Shown piece after piece: positions 55,603 through 64,000 of a stretch of DNA of 64,000 nt. The notes beneath the pieces were generated by a model. The model ran no database searches and was not told the DNA's origin. It saw nothing but the letters and a program-made list of their open reading frames with translations. Numbering within the stretch: position 1 is the stretch's first letter; each line of letters starts with the position of its first letter. The position numbers and the translations under genes were made by a program. Source of the stretch: Candidatus Dojkabacteria bacterium (GTDB lineage Bacteria; Patescibacteriota; Dojkabacteria; JAFGLO01); contig JAFGLO010000011.1 of assembly GCA_016927995.1 (NCBI GenBank), positions 391-64,390 of the forward strand. Direction: 5' to 3'.

Positions 55603-56700
55603 CTAAAACTGTTCCAAAAATCTTAGGTCACCCTTGTAAAAGTGTCTTAGGTCTTTAATGCCGTTTTTAAGCATAACAATACGCCCAATACCAGGACCAA
55701 ACGCAAATCCGGTGTATTTTTTAGAATCAATGCCTGCGTTTTCTAAAACTTTGGGATGAATATACCCACAACCCATAAGTTCGATCCAACCGGAATACTT
55801 ACAAATTCCACACCCTATTCCGTTACAAAATACGCATTCGTTCATAAATTGTAGTCCGGGTTCAACAAAAGGAAAGTAGCTGGGTTGTACCTGAACTTTA
55901 ATATCTTCTTTGTCAAAAAACTTTTCCAAAAATGCTTTCATTGTGCCAATCATATCGCCAATAGAAATATCTTTACCAATATAAACCATTTCAATCTGAT
56001 AAAAGGTATGACCATGAGTAGCATCGGTGGCCTCATTTCTAAAACAACGACCAGGAATAACAACAGCAATAGGTTCACCCTTGTCCAACAAGTGCTTATA
56101 CTTTTGCATAACCCTAATTTGCATGCTACTGGTATGAGTTGTAGGAATAAATCCTTCGTCGGTCCAGAATGTATCCCAAAGCTCGCGTGCAGGATGCCCC
56201 TTAGGAATGTTTAGGGCTTCAAAAACATGATAATCATCATCTAAAAGTCGATGTTCTTCAACAATATAACCCATTGATTCGAGTATTCTAAACATCTTTT
56301 CGGAGTCAACTTTTACAGGATGATACGATCCGCTACGTGATATATATTCAGGCTTTTCTTTTGAATTAATATCGAAAGGAGCCGTTGGATCAATAAGATC
56401 ATTTTTTATGCTTTCTTCAATCTCTTTCTTACGTAATGACAACTTTTTAGACTCGATAAGATTAATAAGCTCTGTTTTAATCTCGTTAACTTGCTTACCA
56501 AATTCGGTACGTTTTTCGGGATTAATCTCTTTAATTTTTTTAAGAAGTATAGTGACTTCACCCTTAGGTCCAAAGAAGAAACTTTCAAGCTGCTTTACTG
56601 TTTCACTATTTTTTGCCGAAAGGACTTTTTTAAAGGCAGCTTCTTTTACAGCAAGCACACTATCCATTTTGTAAATTTGGTTGAACTTAAGGTATGCCAT
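55603..56700 (-). CDS. pheS: Phenylalanine--tRNA ligase alpha subunit
   Basis: HPARELWDTF, THTSSMQ, PGRCFRNE..DATH, YFPFVEP, GFAFGPG. Confidence 0.97.
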   Translation of the reverse strand: MAYLKFNQIYKMDSVLAVKEAAFKKVLSAKNSETVKQLESFFFGPKGEVTILLKKIKEINPEKRTEFGKQVNEIKTELINLIESKKLSLRKKEIEESIKNDLIDPTAPFDINSKEKPEYISRSGSYHPVKVDSEKMFRILESMGYIVEEHRLLDDDYHVFEALNIPKGHPARELWDTFWTDEGFIPTTHTSSMQIRVMQKYKHLLDKGEPIAVVIPGRCFRNEATDATHGHTFYQIEMVYIGKDISIGDMIGTMKAFLEKFFDKEDIKVQVQPSYFPFVEPGLQFMNECVFCNGIGCGICKYSGWIELMGCGYIHPKVLENAGIDSKKYTGFAFGPGIGRIVMLKNGIKDLRHFYKGDLRFLEQF

Positions 56701-56721
56701 ATGCTATCATAGAGCGATTCG

Positions 56722-57063
56722 TTGTTCAATGATCAAATAGCTTTTAAACACATGGTATTTAGAGTAATAATAAAAATCCTCTACTCAATTCTTTTGGCAA
56801 TAGAAACTCTAATAGCCATAAAGTTTGTCTTGGTATTTATAGGTGCGAACTCCGGAAACGTGTTTGTGTCATGGATTACAATGATCACCGAGCCTTTTAT
56901 TATGCCTTTTAACGGAATCTTGGGAGCAAGCCAGGTTAGCCTTTCAGTCTTTACAATCGACCTAAATGCATTTATTGCAATGATCGTCTACATTCTCTTA
57001 GCATTATTTTTAATAGAGTTACTTAAAGCATTCACCCCTACCACACCAAATAACAATGAATAA
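56722..57063 (+). CDS. YggT family membrane protein
   Basis: FIGAN..FVSWI..ITEPFIMPF..AFIAMIVY. Confidence 0.85.
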   Translation: MFNDQIAFKHMVFRVIIKILYSILLAIETLIAIKFVLVFIGANSGNVFVSWITMITEPFIMPFNGILGASQVSLSVFTIDLNAFIAMIVYILLALFLIELLKAFTPTTPNNNE

Positions 57064-57844
57064 ACGCATCCTTCTGGAAAAATACTTTGGAATTCCAATC
57101 TGGTTCGAACGAAACAAAATCTTTTCCGGAGGCGATTACGAGGTTACAAAACTTTCTGACATCGTACTTTCCGAAATAAACACTCAAACAATTAACAGTG
57201 AGCTTATGTATCCGGAAACAATCGGCACAAGATATTCGTTAAGCGTTAATGAAAATTCCTTGTCTCTGGTTCAGAATTCTTTAAAAAACGAAATCATCAT
57301 GTTACATGGGACCCTTTTAGGAATAGAATACGCAAAAACCACCGGAAGAAGAGCTACCGGAAAGTATTCCACCTTGATTCAGGTTATGTATGGATCTGCA
57401 TTCATAATTTTACACAACAGCTTCTTTGACAAGGCTGAATTTACCTTTAAGACCGGCTCTGTCTATATAGTAAAGGTAAAGGTCGGACAGTGCTTCGTTG
57501 TTCCACCTAATATGGGATATACTGTCGTAAATTCACAACTATCTCCACTTGTATTTCACAAAATAACGGCAAAAGATTCTGTCGAGGAACCTGTATTTGA
57601 TAACCACAAGGGCGCAGCTTATTATGTAATTTATAAAAACAGCAAACCGGAAAAGGTTATTAATCCGTACTTTAGAGATGTGTCAAAACCTAAAGAGATC
57701 TCCTCGATTAAGTTAACATCGACTTTTTTCAATAAATGTCTTACAATTCCAGATATATTTAACTGTCTAATGTGCAAAGACCTTGATCCGAAGTTAAGAT
57801 TTGTTCTTGGAATTGATGAATTTGTTATCGACGACATGTTCTAA
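57056..57844 (+). CDS. Cupin-type glucose-6-phosphate isomerase-like protein (degenerate metal site)
   Basis: EYAKTTG, VVPPNMGY..VN, GAAYY, NPYF. Confidence 0.65.
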   Translation: MNKRILLEKYFGIPIWFERNKIFSGGDYEVTKLSDIVLSEINTQTINSELMYPETIGTRYSLSVNENSLSLVQNSLKNEIIMLHGTLLGIEYAKTTGRRATGKYSTLIQVMYGSAFIILHNSFFDKAEFTFKTGSVYIVKVKVGQCFVVPPNMGYTVVNSQLSPLVFHKITAKDSVEEPVFDNHKGAAYYVIYKNSKPEKVINPYFRDVSKPKEISSIKLTSTFFNKCLTIPDIFNCLMCKDLDPKLRFVLGIDEFVIDDMF

Positions 57845-57851
57845 AAAGCAA

Positions 57852-57949
57852 AGTAGAGACATTTCCCTGTTTCAATGGTTTAAAAGACAAGTCAAAGACA
57901 TGTCTCTGTTTCAATGGTTTAAAAGACAAGTCAAAGACATGTCCCTACT
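57852..57949. repeat. 39-bp tandem repeat inside a GTAG-type palindrome
   Basis: Units at 57857-57895 and 57896-57934, bounded by AGTAGAGACAT...ATGTCCCTACT. Confidence 0.8.
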
Positions 57950-59804
57950 TAGGGGTTTTACTATTTCACTGCTTTGTTACTTCACTATTTCACTGTTTAC
58001 CACTCCTGTCTTTGCCTCGTCGGGAATTCAAAAGCAAATGAGTATAACCGTTGATGTTAAAGAAGCCGGCGATATAAATATTTCCATGCAAACATCATTC
58101 TTTATTACGGAAGGAGTATCATTGCTTCGTGAATATAACTTGGCGTTTACAGAAAAAACATTTACTAATTTTGCCGCAGTGTCAGCCGGAGGGGAAGCAC
58201 TTGACTATTCAATAAAAGAAAACGACGACAACACATTGATAACAATCAGCCTTCCGAATATTCGATTAAATCCAGGCGGAAGTTATGCAATTAACGTCTC
58301 TTATACGGTTCCTGCGGGGCTTGAGTCAATTGGAGGTATATATAAATTATTGGTCCCAGTATTTAATACAGAGAACACAACAATAACATCTGTACTTGTT
58401 AGGTATCCTTCAAACATTGGAAATCTACTTTATTGTTCTACAGAATGTACAACCACAAATACAAACGAACTAACAGAAGTCTACTTAAATAACATCAAGT
58501 CAACAAATCCATTTATTCTTATTGGAAGTTCTCAGATATACACACTAAACCTTGTTATGGACGTTGAAAATAATTCGGCTCAGGTAAACAATCTAAATAC
58601 CTATATTCCAATAGAAAGCTGTACCCAGAAAAATATTGTAAACTTTTTTGCGCCGACACCAAGTTCAATTAGTACAGATATATATGAAAATAATAAGCTA
58701 AATGTTGTTTTAAATCCTTACTCGAAACAGATTATTCAATACAGTGGACAGGTACAACTTACTAGCAGTGTATCAAAATGTAAAGTGCCAACGGTTGCAG
58801 CACTTGATATCGAAGAGTTAACAAGATTAAGATTACTCCTGGAAACGTATTTTCCGAATTCAGATACTTCATTAGATCTAATTCAAAAATTTTACCAAAA
58901 GATTATATCGGAGGGCGAAATCAACGCTCAAACAGGACTAGAGAAAGATCCCGGCACAAATATTGAATTATTCTTAAAAGACGAACTACATATTTTTACT
59001 CAGCGGGAGCTTTTGGAAATGCTGCTTTTCGTATACTCTGCATTTGATTATCCTGCCTATATTTCTTATGGTTTTTTGTATCCTTACTATGTTTCGGAGC
59101 CTATTGGCGTAAACTATTCCTGGCTTACAGTATATGTAACCGATATTCCCAAAGTTGTCGATCCTTTCATGGAAATCCAAAGCGGGATCTCCGGTTTCGA
59201 CGTCAATTTGTTAGATAGAATTGTAATTTATAATACTCAACAATTATACGACCAAAGTTATTCCTGGAGAAATCTTGAGACAAATTTTGTTTCTATTGGC
59301 TACCAAAACTTTACAACAAATTCTAACTTGTACCTTACTGTAAACTTTCCTGAATCCGTACAAGCCGGTGTTTCACATACGGCAACATTGTCCGTCCGAA
59401 ATAATGGAAATACACTATTTAAGAATCTAGAGATATCAATCTTGTCTACAGAAGGACTATTATTTGAATTTTCAGATGATACGAATGTTATTCCATTACT
59501 TTTTCCGGGTCAAAGTATTACAATTCCGATAACAATTAATTCAACTAAAGGAACATTTTCTAAACTTCACGAAGTACTTGTAACATACACTGCCGATGAT
59601 TTTACCGGTCAAACACACACATACAGCATACTTGTCGAACAAAAACCAATAAATATTCTAATTGCTATACTTGTCACCGCGTGCATAGGCAGTGCGGGTG
59701 TTCTTGTTTTTGAAAGGGTGGTAAAATATTTTAATAAGAATAAAGGGGAAAAAACACAAACCCCTTACGACCCATTACTTGGATTTGGTTCAAAAAATGA
59801 TTAA
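57900..59804 (+). CDS. Secreted transglutaminase-like / Ig-domain protein with C-terminal TM
   Basis: Signal peptide (VFA), GF.Y..YSW..VY..VVDP TGase-like core, NNGN Ig/CARDB-like domain; start uncertain (57900 or 57939). Confidence 0.6.
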   Translation: MSLFQWFKRQVKDMSLLRGFTISLLCYFTISLFTTPVFASSGIQKQMSITVDVKEAGDINISMQTSFFITEGVSLLREYNLAFTEKTFTNFAAVSAGGEALDYSIKENDDNTLITISLPNIRLNPGGSYAINVSYTVPAGLESIGGIYKLLVPVFNTENTTITSVLVRYPSNIGNLLYCSTECTTTNTNELTEVYLNNIKSTNPFILIGSSQIYTLNLVMDVENNSAQVNNLNTYIPIESCTQKNIVNFFAPTPSSISTDIYENNKLNVVLNPYSKQIIQYSGQVQLTSSVSKCKVPTVAALDIEELTRLRLLLETYFPNSDTSLDLIQKFYQKIISEGEINAQTGLEKDPGTNIELFLKDELHIFTQRELLEMLLFVYSAFDYPAYISYGFLYPYYVSEPIGVNYSWLTVYVTDIPKVVDPFMEIQSGISGFDVNLLDRIVIYNTQQLYDQSYSWRNLETNFVSIGYQNFTTNSNLYLTVNFPESVQAGVSHTATLSVRNNGNTLFKNLEISILSTEGLLFEFSDDTNVIPLLFPGQSITIPITINSTKGTFSKLHEVLVTYTADDFTGQTHTYSILVEQKPINILIAILVTACIGSAGVLVFERVVKYFNKNKGEKTQTPYDPLLGFGSKND

Positions 59805-60543
59805 ACAAAAAAAAAGGGGCCTGATTGCTAAATTGTTAACTTGCTTAATTGCTTTTTTACTAACTTGCTTAATTGTCAACCCTATAGCACCGTTTTTTCA
59901 GACACCTTGCGTATTTGCGGAATCAAAGGACACCATAGATGAGAATCAAGAAGTTACCTACGTTGACACGGCACATGGACACATCGAAATCTCAGCCGTT
60001 GTTAAAACCCAGTCGCCTGTAAACAAATCAATTCCTGTCGAGGTCACCTATACTTCAAAAATCAGTGGAATTAAAGGATATTTAACAGTGTCGGATTATT
60101 CCGGACTTACCCCGAAAAATGACAAAATCTGGGTTCCGATAGAAAAAGATAAAACCTATAAAAAGACAATTCAATTACAACCAAAACGCGAAGGATCATA
60201 CGATGTTACTGTTGATATCATTATCTTCGGATATGATGTAAATTATGGCGACAGTACAACGATTACTGTTACACTCAATAAAAACCTTGTAGTCCGGGAA
60301 ACCGCTTCAACGTTTCTTTTGTACCAAATTCTTATGTATTTAGCGATTGTATTTGTTATAGTGCTTGTGGTAATCGGCATACGAAAATACGGAAAGAAAG
60401 TGTTTTCCACTATACGTAACTGGGTATTAAACGATCCTCGCTATAAAGATGTCACAAATAGAGAGGAAATAGAATCATTTTATAAAAAACTTCATGAAAA
60501 AGGAGACAGTAGTCAAGACACAGAGCAAACAAAATCCGAGTAA
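59779..60543 (+). CDS. Hypothetical membrane protein with Ig-like domain
   Basis: Signal or TM segment, beta-rich core, C-terminal TM. Confidence 0.7.
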   Translation: MDLVQKMIKQKKRGLIAKLLTCLIAFLLTCLIVNPIAPFFQTPCVFAESKDTIDENQEVTYVDTAHGHIEISAVVKTQSPVNKSIPVEVTYTSKISGIKGYLTVSDYSGLTPKNDKIWVPIEKDKTYKKTIQLQPKREGSYDVTVDIIIFGYDVNYGDSTTITVTLNKNLVVRETASTFLLYQILMYLAIVFVIVLVVIGIRKYGKKVFSTIRNWVLNDPRYKDVTNREEIESFYKKLHEKGDSSQDTEQTKSE

Positions 60544-61426
60544 ACGGCAAACTCCAACCAAAGAACCTAAAAAGCCACTTACAAAAGCTCAAAAGCAAAA
60601 AATAGTCAAAACCATTCTTATTGTGTTTTGGGTTTTAATAATTGGACTTTTAGCCATCGTGATTTACATGATTTCTACCGATAAAGATGCATTTTTAATA
60701 GCAATTCCGGGGCTCTACGATACAAAAGAATACAATACGCTTACCAAGGATCGAAACCAAATTACACAAGAAAATGATACATTAAAATACAGAAACAACG
60801 AGCTTTCACAATTAATATCTGCCGGAACCGAGAACGACTTTGAAGTATTATACGAACGACTTGATGAGTATATAAATAACACCCTAACTATCGATGAAAA
60901 CCTTTCCAAAATTGTTGAGATCGACCAGAACCTTATCTCACTAAAACTTCCATCCAATATGCTGGAAACACTTAACAGTACGTATTTGGCAGACAAAGCT
61001 GTTTATGATTCCTTGCAAAATCATTATGAACTATTATATGCCAAGCTGGACTACTTTAATCTTAGACGACTAGAAGGTAGATTTGATAATTGTATTTCCG
61101 GAATAGACTTTTCTCTGTCAGATTTAGAAATCTCGAGACAAATGATTAACTGTACAAGCCTTTTAGATGAACTTGCAACAGCACTCTTGGTTGCAGAAGA
61201 AACATATATGGTAAAGTTTGTAAACATTGGTCAGTATGTAACAATATCAAAAGAAACGGCAGTAGCATATGCCAACTTTTATGAGGCAGTTGCTCAGGAA
61301 AACTATACACAGAGTCAGCAATATGATCAAATATACAACGAAAAGGAAGAACAGCTAAGAAATCTTGATATAACGACTGTTTGGTTTGAATACAAGGTAC
61401 TTGTATTGGATCCGTTTGACGAGTAA
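60494..61426 (+). CDS. Hypothetical membrane-anchored coiled-coil protein
   Basis: Basic N-terminus, one TM helix, helical ectodomain. Confidence 0.7.
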   Translation: MKKETVVKTQSKQNPSKRQTPTKEPKKPLTKAQKQKIVKTILIVFWVLIIGLLAIVIYMISTDKDAFLIAIPGLYDTKEYNTLTKDRNQITQENDTLKYRNNELSQLISAGTENDFEVLYERLDEYINNTLTIDENLSKIVEIDQNLISLKLPSNMLETLNSTYLADKAVYDSLQNHYELLYAKLDYFNLRRLEGRFDNCISGIDFSLSDLEISRQMINCTSLLDELATALLVAEETYMVKFVNIGQYVTISKETAVAYANFYEAVAQENYTQSQQYDQIYNEKEEQLRNLDITTVWFEYKVLVLDPFDE

Positions 61427-61456
61427 TAAGAAATCCTTCGGAATTCTATGACAGGA

Positions 61457-61759
61457 TTACTTTAGAACCTGCTTTATATCCTTTAAGTCTGTTATCAGCT
61501 CGGACAACCGTTGTTCAATTATTAAAAGCCTTGCAAATGCAGTGTTGTTTTTCTCAACTGATACGAAATATTCCATTGGATATTTTACGGCCTTTGATAT
61601 AAGTATGAGTGTCTGTATGGACGGATATGCGACGCCACGTTCATAATTACTTATACTTTTTGTATCTACACCAACAAGTAAAGCCAGTTCATTTTGTGTT
61701 AAATTACGCATCTCTCGCGCAGCCTTTACCCTTAAGCCGAGGAGTTGTTTTGTGATCAA
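61457..61759 (-). CDS. XRE family HTH transcriptional regulator
   Basis: LTQNELA..VGV..SISNYERG..PS. Confidence 0.92.
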   Translation of the reverse strand: MITKQLLGLRVKAAREMRNLTQNELALLVGVDTKSISNYERGVAYPSIQTLILISKAVKYPMEYFVSVEKNNTAFARLLIIEQRLSELITDLKDIKQVLK

Positions 61760-61777
61760 CAGATTGTCCTGCTAAAC

Positions 61778-62578
61778 TTAAAAATTGAAAAGCGATTTAA
61801 TAAAGTCGATAATTCCCTGAATTAATGATTCGTTTTTAATGGAAGACGGATGATTACTGGTATCAATTGTAGCCTGTGATGTCATTACTGTAGGTACTTC
61901 GGCCTGGGTTGTATCTTGCAATACAGTTGTAGTAGGAGTAATTCTCAGTCCCTGAATATATCTGTTTTTCTCGTCGAGCATCTCCTGGAGCTTTTTAAAC
62001 TCATCAATATGATCACGAATTTTCGCCTCATACATTTTATTTTTGGCAAGCGTGGAATCATATAATTCCTTAATTTTCTGAAACTCCCTACCTTTTTGAA
62101 CAAGATCGTTATGTTCATTTGTTTGAGTTAGCTTTCTGCGCATGGTATCTTCATCAACAATTCCATACTTATGATAGTTTATGTCTTTTGTTTCGGCCTC
62201 TCTACCCAAAACTTCCAGATACATTTTTTTAATCACGTCAACCTTTTCATCCATAGTCATGGGCTTGTTCTGCTGAACAGAAGCTCCGTTATTTTGCCAA
62301 GGGGTATTACTCATTGGTGAAACTCCCCAGTCCGGATTTCCATATATCGGCTGCGGATTATTATAAGGACCTAGATTCGAGGTATTTAAAGGCTGCTGAG
62401 TTTGTGGAACACTTGATTGTGATGGCTGTACATTCCCTGAAATATTTACGTGCGTTTGAGGTATCGGTGTTGTTAAATTTGATCCTACAGCCTTTGTAGT
62501 GGCAGATTTGGCGGAATTATCGTCGGTCTTAAGATTTATCTGTCCGCTTGCAATTTTTTTTCTGTCGTTTGTAGCCAT
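61778..62578 (-). CDS. Hypothetical protein with low-complexity N-terminus and coiled coil
   Basis: Q/P/N-rich region, YLEVLGRE, coiled coil, amphipathic C-terminal helix. Confidence 0.7.
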   Translation of the reverse strand: MATNDRKKIASGQINLKTDDNSAKSATTKAVGSNLTTPIPQTHVNISGNVQPSQSSVPQTQQPLNTSNLGPYNNPQPIYGNPDWGVSPMSNTPWQNNGASVQQNKPMTMDEKVDVIKKMYLEVLGREAETKDINYHKYGIVDEDTMRRKLTQTNEHNDLVQKGREFQKIKELYDSTLAKNKMYEAKIRDHIDEFKKLQEMLDEKNRYIQGLRITPTTTVLQDTTQAEVPTVMTSQATIDTSNHPSSIKNESLIQGIIDFIKSLFNF

Positions 62579-62603
62579 ACTATATTATAACAGGAAACAT
62601 GAT

Positions 62604-63791
62604 TTACGTTAACTGGTATTTCTCAACGATATTCTTTGCCATTTTATATGCAGCATCAACCGGAAACATATTTCGTAAGAGTTCATCGGATGGTAGATCA
62701 AGCTTTAGTGCTTCATCAATCGCCATGAAAAATGTCGTTAATGTGAGATTATCTTCATCAAGAATTTTGGCAAGCCCTATATCACTTAGTATCTTAGCAT
62801 TCTTATACTGCTCATTATGCGTTACCCATTTTATAGGGATAATTATTGATCGTTTTTTTAATGCACCAAACTCTGTTACCGAACCTGCACCTCCACGGGA
62901 GACAACAACATCACTATTTGCGTATACATAGCCTATCTCGTCAAAAATCATGTCGGTTACCAAAATTCTCCGTTGTAATTTTATAGGAAGCTTTAAAATT
63001 TTCTTTTTAATTGAAATCATGTCTGCATAACAAATCTCGTTACTTCCTGTTTGTAGAATAACTCGATATTTTTCGAGTAAAGGTTTGAGATTATTAGTTA
63101 CAAATTGGTTAAACATATGAGAACCTTGACCACCACCTGTTATATAAACTAGTGGGAGTTCGGGTTGTCGGCTTGATAGTCTTTTGAGTGGGTTAGTTAA
63201 TTCGGATAATGGAAGTCTGTCGGAGAAAATAACTGTCCGAAGAGGGTTCCCAACGTGAGTTGCTTTTGATTCGTCAAAATATTGGATTGAACTTCTAAAA
63301 TTTACAAATATCTCCTTTGCGAATTTTGCTACAACGTTGTTTGTAAGCCCAATTGCGGCTGTTTGCTCATGTAAAATTATGGGAATTCCAAAAAATTTTG
63401 CGACTATACATACTGGAAGTGTCACATAACCTCCAAAAGAAACAATTAATTTGGGTTTTACTTTTAGAAATAGTTTGAATGAATCAATAAAACCGCCAAT
63501 AGTTGAAAACAACAGCCCTATACTTTGTAATGAAAAACTGCGCTGAAGCTTGCCCGATCGTATTACTAAAAAGGGAATGTCCGTTTTGCTAACCATTTTT
63601 TGCTCTACACTACCCGATATTCTATCGCCTCCTGCGGTTAGATTACTCCCTACAAATAACATTTTCTCTACTTTTGCACCAAGCTTTTTAAGCTCGTCGA
63701 TTACGGCTAAAGCTACTGTTACATGCCCACCCGAACCTCCTGCGGTTATTAATATTTCGGGTTTATCTAGGGTTGAGAAATCAACATCCAT
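62604..63791 (-). CDS. murG: MurG glycosyltransferase
   Basis: AGGSGGHV, SFGGYV, LHEQ, GNPLR, TGGGQGS, SRGGAGS, HNEQYKNA. Confidence 0.95.
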   Translation of the reverse strand: MDVDFSTLDKPEILITAGGSGGHVTVALAVIDELKKLGAKVEKMLFVGSNLTAGGDRISGSVEQKMVSKTDIPFLVIRSGKLQRSFSLQSIGLLFSTIGGFIDSFKLFLKVKPKLIVSFGGYVTLPVCIVAKFFGIPIILHEQTAAIGLTNNVVAKFAKEIFVNFRSSIQYFDESKATHVGNPLRTVIFSDRLPLSELTNPLKRLSSRQPELPLVYITGGGQGSHMFNQFVTNNLKPLLEKYRVILQTGSNEICYADMISIKKKILKLPIKLQRRILVTDMIFDEIGYVYANSDVVVSRGGAGSVTEFGALKKRSIIIPIKWVTHNEQYKNAKILSDIGLAKILDEDNLTLTTFFMAIDEALKLDLPSDELLRNMFPVDAAYKMAKNIVEKYQLT

Positions 63792-63986
63792 TTTTTATCT
63801 AACCTCCTATAAGTATTATATCGAAATATAAGGACTATGACCAGTAAACATCTGGGAGCAAACTGCCCAGGAGCAGGGCTAACCGCTAAGCCCTGAACTT
63901 TTGCTTGCAAAAGAAATATCTCGACGGCAGTCGAGAGGAAGAAGAAACGGAACCTCCACACAATCAAAAGAGGATCAAGACAAAAA

Positions 63987-64000
63987 TGCCCAGGAGCAGG
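63987..64000 (-). tRNA. Probable 3' end of a tRNA gene continuing beyond the window
   Basis: Minus strand reads CCTGCTCCTGGGCA, like a T-stem/acceptor 3' end; duplicated at 63864-63877. Confidence 0.35.

Noticed and set aside
13346-56700. pheT and pheS being 40 kb apart
   Set aside because: Separation of these genes is not rare in reduced genomes; no T-box or leader signal was seen.

Overview
AT-rich bacterial window. The gene content, many hypothetical membrane proteins, CCA-less tRNA genes, short palindromic insertions and apparently leaderless genes suggest a Patescibacteria (CPR) genome; this is inference. The core genes are rplS (partial), gpmI, clpC, pheT, pheS, pepF, pcm, rnhB and murG, with four complete tRNAs (Asp-GTC, Ile-GAT, Leu-TAG, Thr-CGT). 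Large surface proteins, an ECF sigma/anti-sigma pair and an ArsR-thioredoxin cluster are also present. An accessory island of about 14 kb (27.3-40.9 kb) runs up to the 3' end of tRNA-Asp and holds two AbiE toxin-antitoxin pairs, three Ldh_2 genes, rhuM and several decayed duplicates. Best candidates for undescribed systems: (1) three tandem modules at 52.2-53.7 kb, each pairing a NYN/LabA ribonuclease gene with a convergent, promoter-driven, covarying small RNA; (2) an array of cargo genes below tRNA-Asp separated by tRNA-3'-end scars that carry a conserved recombinase-like C-terminal tail; (3) a three-way-junction riboswitch candidate upstream of a cell-wall hydrolase; (4) tRNA fragment copies interrupted at the same position by a small palindrome. 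All family calls come from motif recognition by eye; no database searches were run.
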